64,000 nucleotides of DNA from Squalus acanthias (Eukaryota). Location: the NCBI GenBank assembly GCA_030390025.1, contig CM059433.1, forward strand, positions 5,518,001 to 5,582,000. Reading direction: 5' to 3'. Each line of letters begins with the position of its first letter. The first letter of the stretch is position 1. A model generated the notes under the pieces. The model was given only the letters and a program-made list of their open reading frames with translations, had not been told where the DNA came from and did no database searches. Made by a program: the position numbers and the translations under genes. Positions 35,222 through 47,942 of the stretch are shown here, in pieces.

Positions 35222-37374
35222 CTAACTAAATTCTGCCATTATGAGTCAATCCCGGGCCTCCCACGCAGTAATGTGTGCCACTGCTGGTGCCATCTACACC
35301 TGAGGTTCCACCTCCTCCTCTGAGAAGGCTCTGTGCCTTGCTCCTCCTGCAGCTTCAATCCTCGCTGCTGTGCTATGTTGTGCAGTGCGCAGCATATGAC
35401 GATCATTCTGGAGACCCTGGCTGGTGTGTACTGAAGGGCTCCTCCAGATCTGTCCAGGCATCTGAAGCGCATCTTCAGCATCCCAACTGCTTACCCTATT
35501 ACACATCTGGCCATGATGTGGCTTTGATTATAGCGCTCCTCGGCCTCATTGCTTGGCCTCCTCAAGGGTGTCATCAGCCACATCTTCAGTGGATAGCCCT
35601 TGTCTCCAGGCAGCCAGTCGGTAAGTCTGGTCGGACTTGCAAATAGCTGAGGGAGGGTGAACTGGCGCGGTGTAGCCAGTTCCTGCAGCAAGAACACATT
35701 CAACTTAAATGATACCAACATTAAAGGGTCAAACGGCTGTATTGTAAAGGCAGTTTTATGAAACTGACCAAACTTCGTATCCCAGCATAACATGAGGAAA
35801 GACGAGACTTTTAAAAGGAATTTGTAATACATGCTCTGGATTAAACAGCATAAGAACCACAGACATGACTCTTTTTTTACTTCATGAATATGCTAACCAA
35901 GGAAGTGGCTAGAACAATCAAACCACACAATGGCATGTGTTTGTGTAAATCCAACTGACTATCCTGTCCAGTGAAACTCCTTGGTCCAGCTGTTAACCAG
36001 ACTTACAATTGGCTTCACCGAGTCTGGAACGGCTCCCTCATCTTTTGGAAATGTTAATGCCAGGATTGTCGTTGGATTGAAACCCATTCAGTAACCTTTC
36101 AAACTGATAAGTAAGGAAGTGTCTTTAATCAAGACATTTCTTTGTATGATAATGGTTGAACATCAAACAGGATGAAGACATTTCTTTTTGTATTGTATGG
36201 TTTGAAATCGAACAGAATGGCAGAAAGACGAGATTACGATGGTACAATCAAAAGGGGAAGGGTTTGCGTCAATCTATTGTCACGGGTTTTGATCTTTTGT
36301 ATTATAAAAGGGTGTGTTTAGAAAGGGAACGGGGCAACTTGCAAGGAAAACTGCAGATGATTTTATCACCTGTACAGCTGGAAACAGACTCCTCCACTTG
36401 ATCGCCGGGGTGAGTGGTGTTTGAAATTAAATAGTTAAAGGGAACGCTGTATGTTAGTATTGCTTGGAGTTATAAGGGAATAGTGCATTGACGTTTGTAT
36501 GTTGTTCGTAGTACAATAGTTAAAAGCATACGGAATTGTACTGAGTTTGTGAGCCTTGACCATTTTACTCCATCCGGAAGGGGTTCAAGTCGGATTCTGG
36601 AATTATAAGACGGGAGGTACGGGTTCACCTACCTAGAACAGGATGAAAGAGTCATGACAGCTCCATGGGAATCCAGCACACACATGCATGATGATCTTTT
36701 TGTGGTTGCAGACGAGCTGTACATTGAGGGAGTGGAAGCCCTTACAGTTCACGAACACTCCTGGGTGATCTGGGGGGTGCCTTGATGGGCACGTGTGTGC
36801 AGTCAATGATGCCCTGCACCTGTGGGAAGCCAGCCAGAGCCGCAAAGTCGAGCACCCGCTCAGTCACACTGGCCTCATCAGTGGCAAAGTGCACATAAGT
36901 GCCTGACTCGTCAAACGTGGCATCGGTCACCTGGGTGATGCAGCTGTGTATGGCCAACTGCGATATCCTGGAAATGTCTGCTGCAGATCCCTGGAAGGAG
37001 CCTGAGGCAAAGAAGTTGAGAGCGATGGTGACTTTGACAGCCACTGGTAAGGTGTGTCCACCAGGTCCACTTGGCAGCAGGTCTTCTGCCGGCAAGTTAC
37101 AAATGTCTGCCACGACCTGATGTGATAGCCTGAGCCTCCTGAGGCACTGCTGTTCAGTCATATCCACGAAGTTCATCCTCTGTCTACCCCCAACAAAGGG
37201 TATATATCGCCTCCGACGAGGTGCACCCCTGTGCTCATCTCCTCTCTCCTGTGGAGCAGCAGGTCGGTGAGGAGGAGACTACTGCTGCTGCTGGTGTGGC
37301 TGGTGTTGTTAGTGCTGGGGCTCATCTTGGTCTGATTCTGAGGTCCAAGGTGAAACAGCATCAGCGGCACCCAT
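35222..37374 (-). pseudogene. Harbinger DDE transposase, disrupted and split by an insertion at 35671-36640
   Basis: [46 protein letters not shown] | [28 protein letters not shown]. Confidence 0.9.
35671..36640 (+). mobile_element. Probable solo LTR
   Basis: 970-bp non-coding insert splitting the transposase. TGT...ACA ends. TATAAAA at ~36304. No canonical TSD resolved. Confidence 0.5.
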
Positions 37375-38349
37375 GCTGATCTAATAGATACCAGGTAAAG
37401 TGGAGCTCAGAGGCGCAATCCTCCAATGTAGTGAGAGTGACTTACAATGTAGTGAGAGTGGCTTCCGAGGTTGTAGAAATCACCTGCAAACTCCTGAAAG
37501 CAAATTCTCTACACCAATGATGTCAGCAAGAGCCTTTCCCTTGGGCAAGGAAGCAGGTGTGAGTTGTGAGTATTTATGTGATTATTTCAACGGTCAATTG
37601 TTCAACTCACACAATGGCTGCTCACCTCTCATCTTGCTTTGACAGGCAAGTTTCAGGAAGCCCGTGAATCCCGTGCACACCCTATAAAATCTGCAACATC
37701 ACGTTAAAAAGCCTGTTAATAGTCTGTTAACAAGCTCTTAAATACTTGAATTAGGTCGCCCACCTCTCCGGAGCGGGTCTCTGGCGCGCTGAGAAACGCG
37801 CCGGAGTTAAAGGCGGAAGTCGGCAGGATGAAAGCAGCTTCCCGACATGCTGTCAATTCGTGTTTTTAACAGCTCACTCCCTTGCAAACCTGCACTCATT
37901 TCAAAGTGAAAATTCCGGCTATAGAGTGAGAATAAAGAGGATGGTAAAATGGTACTAGCCCTTAGCTTGGGGGAGGCCTCCAACTTCTCCATTCTCCACC
38001 TTTTATGCATCTTCCATGCCTAAGTGTTACCTCTTCAAAACAACTGAGGAGCTGGTAGTTCTGTAGCCCTCCTCCCATACGAGTCTGTTCTCAATGATTA
38101 TGTGCCCGCGTGTCCTGCAAGGAGAGAAGCATAGGGAGACATTCACATTGGCAGAAATAGATACAGGAATAAATTAGGGCCATTGTGTGAGCAACAGTAG
38201 AAATGATTACATGGCCGTGCATTGTGCAGCTAAGTTGGTAAGGAAGGAGAGTGCAATTTCCGAGGAAGGTTGTGAGTAAAAGCACAATTGTAGGTAGTTG
38301 CTGAGGATTTCAAAGGTATCCTGTGGCTAAATGGACATGCATAGTTTTC

Positions 38350-38718
38350 AAATCCCTCCATGGCCTCGCCCCTCCCTATCTCTGTAACCTCCTCCAGCCC
38401 TACAACCCTCCAGGATCTCTGTGCTCCTTGAATTCTGGCCTCTTGCGCAACCCGATTTTAATCGCTCTACCATTGGCAGCCCTACCTTCAGCTGTCTAGG
38501 CCCTAAGCTCCAGAATTCCCTCCCTAAATCTCTCCGCATCTCTCTCTCCTCCTTTAAGACGCTCTTTAAAACCTACCTCTTTGACCAAACTTTTGGACAT
38601 CTGTCCTAATATCTCCTTATGTGGCTCGGTGTCAAATTTTGTTTTATAATGCTCATGTGATGCACCTTGGAACATTCTACTACATTAAAGGCTCAATATA
38701 AATGCACGTTGTTGTTGT
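38350..38718 (+). mobile_element. L2 LINE 3' end
   Basis: Matches 51845-52223, including the (gtt)n tail. Confidence 0.85.
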
Positions 38719-38794
38719 ATAGTACATATTAAAATGAGTGATAGTGTAAGGGGCCTGAAAGAGTACAGTGTGCCATGCATAGTTTGTTATCACA

Positions 38795-39000
38795 CTTAAG
38801 AGATTGTAATGATTCTTAGCCCTACGTTTTGAGGCATTATGGAGGTCTCTAAACATCTTTCTTCCAACCATGTGCTGTGGATGTTGCTTTCAGAATTGAC
38901 ACACATTGCCACTTCCATCCAGTCATTTTGTAGTAAAATTCTGTGATGCCTGTGTCCATGTGTTCCAAGTATTGCTCTGGGCCTGCAACTGAAAATGCTT
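38795..39000 (-). pseudogene. Old Myb/SANT-like remnant (Harbinger partner type)
   Basis: RAILG...LQNDWMEVAMCVNSES...TW, then after a frameshift RKMFRDLHNASKRRAKNHY. Confidence 0.45.
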
Positions 39001-39354
39001 GGCTCTTCTTTCTGCAGGTAGATCTCCCGCCTACACCCGGAGCTCACTTCCTTAATGTTAGTAAGGTGGGTCATGGAAGCATGAGCATGGCTCACCTCCT
39101 ACCAAATCAGCAGGTATTTGACAAGCAGCCTACAGTTTTCACTTCTCTTCCACCACCACTCCACTCCACTGCCGCAATTCAAAAATATTAATAGAAAAAA
39201 ATGTTTTATACTTTTGTAGCTGACATTTGTTAATAATTAAAGAAAATGATTTTGACAAACTGGAGAAAAGCATCAGGATATTGTCAATTACAACCAGCAA
39301 TTATTCTGAAAAATTGAATTACTAAAAAAAATGTAAAAATGTTTCAAACATTTG

Positions 39355-39487
39355 CTGGTAATTTCCTCAGGGCTTCTTACACTCTGCCAGCATAACTTTG
39401 GTGAACATTCAGTGGAAACAGGGTTTCCCCCAAACCTACACCAAAGTTACAACAGCAGAGCAGAAGAAGCCCTGAGGAAATTCCCGG
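39355..39487. mobile_element. Very short MITE
   Basis: Perfect 19-bp IR aatttcctcagggcttctt (39360-39378) / aagaagccctgaggaaatt (39464-39482). Confidence 0.65.
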
Positions 39488-39644
39488 TGATTGTAATTTA
39501 AAAGGGCACGGTCTTTATTGCAAAATTGTTCGGTATTCAAACAATAAAGATTTGCCAAACATTGCGATGTATTGGTGTCAATTAAATTTCTCTACTGGGT
39601 TTTTGGCTGAGCACACATTGCTGTAGGTGTGAACCCCAATGGAG

Positions 39645-40535
39645 AATGACAAGAAGGCTGTTTCCAGTGCGGTTCGGGAGGGCTCAGGACTAGGTCCCTT
39701 GCTTTTTATGGTATATATCAATGATTTAGACTTCAACGTAGGGGGCATGATCAAGGAGTTTGCAGATGACCGTGTGGTTGATAGTGAGGAAGAAAGCTGT
39801 AGACTGCAGGAAGGTATCAATGGACTGGTCAGGTGGGCAGAGAAATGGCAAATGGAATTAAATCCGGAGAAGTGTGAGGTAATGCATTTGGGAAGAGCTA
39901 CCAAGGCAAGGGAATACACAATAAATGGTAGGATACTGCAAAGTGCAGAGGAACAGAGAGACCTTGAAGTGCATGTCCACAGATCCCTGATGGAAGCAGG
40001 ACAGGTAGATAAGGTGGTTAAGGCGGCATACGGAATACTTTCCTTTATTAGCCGAGGCATAGAATATAAGAGCAGGGAGGTTATGCTTGAACTGTATAAA
40101 ACAATAGTTAGGCCACAGCTAGAGTACTGCGTACAATTCTGGTCACCACATTACAGGAAAGATGTGATTGCATTAGAGAGGGTACAGAGGAGATTTACGA
40201 GGATGTTGGCAGGACTGGAGAATTTTAGCTATGAGGAAATATTGGATAGGCTGGGGTTGTCTTCTTTGGAACAGAGGAGGCTGAGGGAAGACTTAATTGA
40301 GGTGTATAAAATTATGAGGGGCCTAGATAGGGTGGATAGGAAGGACCTATTTCCCTTAGCAGAGAGGCCAATAACCAGAGGGCATAGATTTAAAGTAATT
40401 GGTAGAAAGATTAGGGGGGAGTTGAGAGAACTTTTTTCACCCAGAAGGTGGTGGTGGTCTGGAACTCACTGCCTGAAAGGGTGGTAGAGGCAGAAACCCT
40501 CAACGCATTTAAATAGTACTTGGATATGCACTTGA
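39645..40535 (+). mobile_element. CR1 LINE, different subfamily, truncated
   Basis: ORF 39639-40487: LGPLLFMVYINDLD, FAD, YKTIVRPQLEYCVQFWSPHY. Confidence 0.9.
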
Positions 40536-41605
40536 AGTCAGCATGGTGTGTGACTTGGAGGGGAACTTGCAGATTATGGCCCAAAAATTAGTGTCTCTAC
40601 GCGAGAGTACGCACTGTGTACTCTCGCGTATTCTGTCTCCAATTGCCGGTTTTCTGCATGCACTGCGCATGCGCTGAAAACCGGCACTTGGTGATTTCAA
40701 AAGGGGGCGGTTCCTAGGTGAACCGCGTGCGCGCTACAGGCTGCGCGCACGCAGTGCACTTAGTGCTTTGAACGCGCAGGTAAGCATGGAAGATTTTGCA
40801 CATAAAGAAAGGAGGCGTAAGACCCTCTTTTAACAAGGTAAGTAGTTAATTAAGTATTATTTTGAATTTTTTTCAACAGGTATATCTTTTTTAGAGACTT
40901 TAAAGAAAGGTAAGTTTATTTTTATAACTTTTTAAAAGATTTTAAATGTTTTCAAAAATTTAATTTTTTGTTTAAAGTGGTTAATTTATTTAACTATACT
41001 TATTTTATTAATGTGATGGGTTTTTTAAAAAAATTTAATTGAGGTTTAGCTGTTCTTTTGAGGGGGTATAGATTCATAGCTTTCACAGCACTTGCTGTGA
41101 AAACTATGAATGAAAGATGGTGTGCTGCCATTGGCTCTAACTGAATCACGTGATCCCACAGCTCGCACGAATTAACTGCGCCTGTGGGATACGGAAGCAC
41201 TGCACAGCTGCTGTCTAGAAAATCAAGTTCGTGCGAGCTCGGAATGAAAAGGCAGGCGCGCAGTGAGATATCGCGGGGAAGCCTTACCCCCGCACGAAGG
41301 CTCCGTCATTAATTTCTGGGCCAATGTCCTTCTCATGATCTTGCTGCTCTTGTCATTCTCAGTGGTAAGGCCACAGGGGAGGGAAGTGCTGTTGAAGTAA
41401 CCTTGGTCATTTACTGCACTGCATCCTATATATTTAACATATAGCAGTTACAGTGCACCAGTGATGAAGGGGCTGGATATTGAGTCTCGTGGAAAGGGCA
41501 TCAATCAAGCTAAGTGCTGTGTCCTGAATGGTGTCCAGCTTCAAGAGTTTTGCTGCAACTGCATCCATCCAGGCAAATGGTGAGGATTCCATCATACTCC
41601 TGCCA
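40535..41605 (-). mobile_element. Old CR1-group LINE 3' fragment, interrupted by the MITE at 40578-41322
   Basis: Diverged match to 40-360 on both sides of the MITE. Confidence 0.65.
40578..41322. mobile_element. Harbinger-type MITE, multi-hairpin family, copy 2
   Basis: TIR GGCCCAAAAATTA / TAATTTCTGGGCC. Flanks TAT/AAT. Colinear with 22946-23687. Confidence 0.85.
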
Positions 41606-42486
41606 GGATCTCCCTGCAGCTCAACTTTGCCACCCAGAGAAGCCTAAACGGTGGAGGACGAAGAGGCGGAGGCCCACCAACAGCCCAGGGCAGAGCAGGA
41701 TACTGCGAGATGTGAATGTCTGACTAACATTATGCTGTACAGTTCTTCAGAAAGAAGCCATTCCAGGATGAACAAGAGCCAATGTAGTTTAATTGGCCAC
41801 ACCTATCAGGATGCCACCAACTATCTCTTAGCACTCCTACATAGCAATGATCGGAGGGAACTGTCTTCTCAGGGTCAGTGGAAAGGCAGATGCAGTGCTG
41901 TACATGGGCATCTGCAGCTACCATATACCATAATGCTGGCACATCCAGTGAAATTAATGGTCTGCTTTGGCCTGTAACTTGGCTCCACCTCTTGCAGGCA
42001 TCCCACTGTGCTGATCTATGGGGATGGTACGATGGAATAGCACAGAGGGAAACCCTCCTCGCACCACCCCAAGCAATACTATCTCCACTTCAGCAGGCAT
42101 CAATCAAGTGTGGGGCTGCTCCGTCACATGTTTGGAGGATCACACCTGCGCCTTTGGTTTAATTTCCTTTCACCTTTGCTTGTCACTTCTTTGTCCTCCC
42201 CCCTTCAGCCTTGACAAAGCCTGCTAATAGGTTGAGATGCCTTCTGAGTTTTTCCAAAATTCTTCTAAATTTTTGTCTCCCTATTCTGACACTCCACTTT
42301 TATTGACCCCATTCTTTTAAAATTCATTTGTATGCAATTTTTTGCTCCCTAACGTACACCTGAAGCTATAGAATTGGGCTAAGCTTGGAAAATTGAGTGC
42401 AAACACCGCAATTCCATTTCAGTCGGTCTAAAGCCCACCAATAGCTATTCTGGCAATCACGACACTAAAAGTGGAAAATCTCGGCT
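41605..42486. mobile_element. Possible old Harbinger remnant
   Basis: Transposase C-terminus-like NFATQRSL..EDEEAE segment. TIR-like GAAAATCTCGGC near 42485. Confidence 0.3.
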
Positions 42487-43285
42487 AAAGATTCAGCAAA
42501 GTTTTCAAATATCTGTGCTTGTCTCTTTAAACTTATTTCCATCTTCTCTTTAGCCCCATTTTATGTGGGCATCATTATCACTTCATTTCAAGGTGCCTGG
42601 CAAAAATGACAGCAGAAAATTGGGTGCATACAACAGTGAGTGGGGATCCAACATAAAAATGGCACTATATTCTCCCCTGCAACCACCCAACACCCACCAC
42701 CACCCCAAACAGGCGGTAAGCAATGGAAAATCCAGGCTTCACAGCACTAAAACAGATTTGTTTTCATTTTTTTCCCCATTATGTTTATAATTTTGTTAAT
42801 TATTTCTCTCCTCTTGCTCATTTTCCTTCCCTTTATTTTTTTCTCTCCCTACACTTTCTTCCACTGCAGCATTTGCTTTCATAATCTTTCATCAGTAGTT
42901 GAAAATATAAATTATTTTGTCTATTTGATACTTTTAGTGAAGCTGTCCAGACAGTCTTGGCAGTACTGGAGAGGTTTGTTTATCATTTTGTGATGACTCC
43001 TTTCTTTGGAAAGGGTAACATTAGCAAGTACATTTGAAGAGCAGGCCAGGTAGGTCTGACGGATGAAAAAGGTCACATTATCTAGTTTGGGGCAAGTAGT
43101 CCATGAAGCCCCAAAAGCTGAACTGGTACACCAGCACTGTGAGCTGCAGGTACTATTTTGGTTACAGCTAAATACTGGATATTTGTAGTTTACAATGTGC
43201 TTTCTAAGGGAAGGAAGCAGCAACAATCTGTAAACACAATTGTATTTACATACCTATCCTAACACCGTGTCATTTTAGTTTCCTT

Positions 43286-43430
43286 TCTAAACCTACCTCT
43301 TTGACTAAGCTTTTGGTCACCTGTTCTAATATTTCCTTATGTGGCTGTGTCAAATTTTGTTTTTATAATGCTCCTGTGAAGCACCTTAGGATGTTTTACT
43401 ACGTTGTATCTGCTATATATGTTGTTGTTA
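43286..43430 (+). mobile_element. L2 LINE 3' tail
   Basis: aaacctacctctttgactaagcttttggtcacctg...gctatatatgttgttgtt. Confidence 0.8.
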
Positions 43431-43639
43431 TACTCCACGCTTTGCTCACCACAACCAGCATATAAATCAGTAAATGTTATTTATGCAATCAAATACTCTA
43501 TCTTCTGCTGAAATTATCAAAACTCCATCAAATCAAAATAAAGTTACAATTTTCTGATTAAATGTAGATTCGGTTTCGTAAAATATTCGCATTAAGCTAA
43601 ATGAACTCCAGCTCATTTGGATTACATTTTGCAGCCAAC

Positions 43640-45301
43640 GGGCTCGATTTTAATAGCTGAGGAGGCAGGTCAGCTGTAAAAATCGTAAAAAATGGTTTCA
43701 GACACCCAACCCGCCTCCATCCTGCCCCACACGATTTTTGTGAGGGTCGGTTCAGCCGCTCCCAAACTGACCTGACTCCAACTGTTAGGACAAGTAGTTA
43801 AGGCAGTTAAGAGCCTGTTAACTGCCTTGATAATCCTATTTTGATAGTGGTTTCCCATTTTCGTGCCTCTGGCTCCTGTTTCCCGTCTTGTCAGAAACAG
43901 TCCAGCTGCAAGGAGACGAGTTGGTGGAGGACATGATCTGTAGTCATTATTGGTGCAAAACTTTAAAAGCGCTCCTGTAACATGGCTGGCATTCAAATGC
44001 AACAACTTTGTTATTGGAGGTTTGGGATAAGATTTTGCAAATCTACTGACCTGGTGACTGGTCAAGCTGACACTCATCTGCTGTTTGAACTGATTGGAAT
44101 AATTTCAGGCCACTTTGAGTGTGCGCTTGCAAGCTTCTTGCCTCAACTGAAATCTATAACAACGGGATGGGAACTATTTTCATCCTCTCATCCTGGTCGT
44201 CAGATTCGGAGGAAGAGCAGCGCAGCTTAGTGTTGCCGGATAAACAAGTGGCTCAGCACACAGCCTCCTTGGAAGAAGATGACGAGGAGGAGGAGGATGA
44301 GTAGGAGGACGGGGAGTGACGCCTTGCGGGGCCAGATGTGGCCAATCTAGCAGCAGGCGACCACATTGATGGCCGTCAGGCAAGGGATGCACTCAGCCAT
44401 GCCAGATTCGCATAAGCTAACACTTCAACCACAGATGGCTGGCACATGGAGTTGAATATAAGTCCGACAGTCTCGAACCCCAGGCATCATCTGTCCAATA
44501 AACGGTGGTTTGCGCTCAGTGTCACCGCCATCATTCTACATGGAAATTGCCCTGAGCTCTAACTTCCATTTCCCAGAACACAGAGGCCACACTTTAGGTG
44601 ATCTCAGCAGATCATTAAACCTTTTGAGACACTAAACCCATGTGCGTCTGCACACAGATCTCGAGCTCACCTCCTCAGCAATTTGCAGCCAAGCTGCCTT
44701 GGTTTGCTGAGGAGGCCTCCTCCTTTCCTTTCCAGGGAAGAAGAGCTCCTGACGTCCTCTAACTCCCTCAACAAGAGCATGGAGAGAGCCCTCATTGAAC
44801 CTGGGTGCAGCCTTAGTTTTTGGGGCTGCCATTCCTGCAGCTCCCAACACCTTTAAGAGAAAAAAGCATTAATATTACTAAGCAAATGATTGGAACACAT
44901 CTGGCATCTTTTTCATTTCAGTCAGATAATAAAGTCATATATCAAAAAATCATGAATCTCTTTCTGGAATAATATGACCAGCAATATCATTCATTAAATT
45001 TTCCTCAGAACAGATGGTCAACTCCCCTTTCAAGATAATAAAGCACCAAGCCATCCCAATGATATTTGTATGCAATGGGGACATGGCCCCTTTAAATTTT
45101 CAAACAAACAAAGCCTCATCAGACGCGAGAAACTGGCATCCTGCCAGCAATTGCCTGGCGGGACCCGACCCGCTCGTCGGCCGTAACGACACCAATGAAG
45201 CCAAAATCAGAAGTGCTGGGAGGCGGCAGCCGGGTGCGGGTCCGAAAACTGCCGAGCAGCGGGCCCGCCCTCAACCTCCCTCCGTTATTAAAATCTAGCC
45301 C
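43640..45301 (+). mobile_element. Internally deleted Harbinger element with intact TIRs
   Basis: TIR GGGCTCGATTTTAATA / TATTAAAATCTAGCCC. Flanks AAC/AAT. Fused transposase N- and C-termini at ~44168-44415 (+). Myb exon MAAPKTKAAPRFNEGSLHALVEGV...AAWLQIAEEVS...KRFNDL at 44832-44595 (-). Confidence 0.85.
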
Positions 45302-45548
45302 AATGTGTCAGTTCTTCAGCAAACACCATTAAACTAATGACCTGAAGTACATGATAGTGTTAACATGAGGTCCTGCAGCTCACAATGTATCAATTTCAGC
45401 AGTTTTTGCACAGCAGAATCTGAAAAACTGAATCAAATGTGAAAATGGTACACTCTGCTTATGATGAATTATTTAAATCACAAATTGCAATTTCTCACTG
45501 GCTTTTGTTTCTAATAGTTGAATAGGTAAACTCAATGTAACAAAATTA

Positions 45549-45682
45549 AATACTGCGGATGCAGAAAATCTGAAATAAAAACAGAAAATGCTGGAAATAC
45601 TCAGCAGGTCAGGCAGCATCTGCGGAGAGAGAAACAGAGTTAACATTTCAGGTCGATGACCTTTCCTCAGAACCGGTTCTGA
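45549..45682. mobile_element. Penelope-like terminal fragment with degenerate hammerhead motif
   Basis: Homologous to 29008-29213. Minus strand GGUUCUGAGGAAAGGUCAUCGACCUGAAAUGUUAACU. Ends in the palindrome TCAGAACCGGTTCTGA. Confidence 0.65.
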
Positions 45683-45688
45683 AACATA

Positions 45689-46344
45689 GGGCTGGATTTT
45701 GATACTGGGGTGGGTTGGGGTCGTGGTATCCACTTTTCGTGTTATCCACCCGACTGCAATTGAGTGGGAGATTGATGCGATTTTCACCTAATTGGGCAAT
45801 TGAGTTCCAGCATGTGAGAACCCATGACCCAATTAGTGTTTTCAGTCTAAAAGTCACCTCTGATGATGTCATCATTGCTGCTGCATTGAAGGTCTGCAAA
45901 GACTGCCTGGCCTTTGCTGTGAGAGGACCTGAAGGCAAAATGAGCAGCAGCAGCCCTAAGTCTGCTCCCAGATATTTTTGTACCACCACTCCCAGATATT
46001 TTCTTCTACTACTACTCCAACTCCACATCTCCGTTGTAATAGTGGACCTGATAGTCAGCTACCGCCAGGTTTCACATTCGTGGTTCAGAACAGGCGTGCT
46101 TCACATAGAAAAAGGGTTAAAATCACAAAGGCCTTTCAAAATGGCATTATAGAGGCAATTTAGTGCTTGTTAAGGGCCTTAACAGCCTATCCCGCCTCTT
46201 AAAGGCGGGACCAGCAGACACGATTTAATGAAAATCGCGTGGAGGCGGGATGGAGGCGGGCTTGTGCCCGCCCGCCAGTTTTCGCAATTTTAACCCCCCA
46301 CACGCCTCCAAACCCGCCTCCACGGGTCAATGAAAATCCAGCCC
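45689..46344. mobile_element. Harbinger-type MITE
   Basis: TIR GGGCTGGATTTT / AAAATCCAGCCC. Flanks ATA/AAA. Confidence 0.8.
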
Positions 46345-46964
46345 AAAGACTCAATGTAAAATGCTTCCTTTAATACTGCATTTCAAATCAGCACTTCCAC
46401 CAGCTTCTTTATGAGTCACTGTAAGGAGCAGAGGACCTAATTTAAATGCAGTTACTATTTCATTGTTATATCACTCCTTCAGTTTATGAGGGGTGAATTA
46501 CTGGTATTAGCTAGACAGGCCTGTGCCAATAATTGATCCATAATGCAATGAAACCTCTTTTCATAACTGCACAAGCTATACTGGCATTGTGACTTGCAAC
46601 TAAGCCAGATAAAGCAAAAAAGCTTTATTAACATTTATTTTTTGATATTTAGATTCTTGGTGAGGTGTTGTCATCTACCCACTATTTCTAGAATCCTAGT
46701 TATATTTAAATTATATCTGATTTATCATGGCAGAAAAAGCATAGAATTAAATAGAGAACAGATAACTGGAAAATTAAGATGTTGATGTCTTCATTTTACT
46801 TTTCCATATGCTCAGAAGTTTTTTTTAATGTTAAGTTTGTATCTTACAGTATCTACTTCTGGAAAACATTATTCCAGTCAATATACTGTACAATATCACT
46901 GGTACTAAGGAGGTTAAAAACAGCCTCTTTCTCTGTGTTCCTCTGATGACTAAATGCATAAATG

Positions 46965-47320
46965 CATACCTTATGTGATGCTCAGCTCATACAGACCAGA
47001 AAGGTCCCAAGTTCAATCCCCGGGCTAAGTAAAGTTAGCTAATCTCATCCAGGGCATCAGTGGAGGTACTATAATTTGCTTTAGCTGCCCAGCATAGGGA
47101 GGGAGAAAAATCTACCAGTATTTCTGCTTCAGATCACAATCTAGTGATTTCTGTGTTTGAGAGGACAGGATCAAGCTTGGCTGTGATGCTCCTGTGGTGA
47201 ATGCAGTGCCAATGCTCTAGGTTAATACATGTAGAATGGCCAGTTGAGTGTGGTATTGGAGGGCTGCAGATCCCCATGGAACTGTATCCCAACATGAATT
47301 TGTACCTTCAGAAGAGAAGT
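46965..47320 (+). mobile_element. Old tRNA-derived SINE
   Basis: B-box-like ggtcccaagttcaatccc followed by a ~300-bp SINE-like body. Family not assigned. Confidence 0.5.
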
Positions 47321-47942
47321 AATTTAGGGAAAAGAAACATAAACTGCCTCTATAGTACAAGCAGATTGTGTCGCTGTTGAATTGAAATTTAAAAAATATA
47401 GGCTGGAATTTTCTGGGGTCTGTGTGGGCGCGATTGGAGGCGGGTCGGGTGTGAAATTTGAAGTATCTTGCAGCGGGTCGGGAACCCGCCGTCATCCCAC
47501 CCCCACGCGCCTTTCCCTCGGGCGCGTTTTCCAGCGTGGCAGCAACCTGAACGGCAGAGTCGGGCGAGCTAATTTAAATCATTATGAGGTACTTGTCAGA
47601 GCCTTAAGCACCTTTTTCACCCTACCTTTCAAATTTCCCTGGATGAACACGAGAATCACACAGTTCAGGAACCACGTACGTGAACCTAAGTCGGAAGTTG
47701 AGTGGCCATTGATCCACCTCATCAGTGCACAGCATGAAAAGTACAATAAAAACTTCAACCTCACAGCTGGTTACTTTCATAAGGCAGATGCTGTTACTGA
47801 CTGCATTTTCAGCACAGATTTAGCTTTCTAGAGGTTGCAAGTGCTTCCAGCAACATCGGCATCCACTGTCACCTCATTGGTGGAACCTATCACACCATTG
47901 ACAGATTGCTTCTCTACTTGACCTGCCATCTATTCCATCAGC

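Larger units (their letters stand above)
34490..37920 (-). mobile_element. PIF/Harbinger transposon, second family, partial
   Basis: Transposase on -, Myb-gene 3' end on + (~34545-34951, homologous to 49455-49645 and 52224-52400). TIR GAAAATTCCGGC ends at ~37919. Confidence 0.85.
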
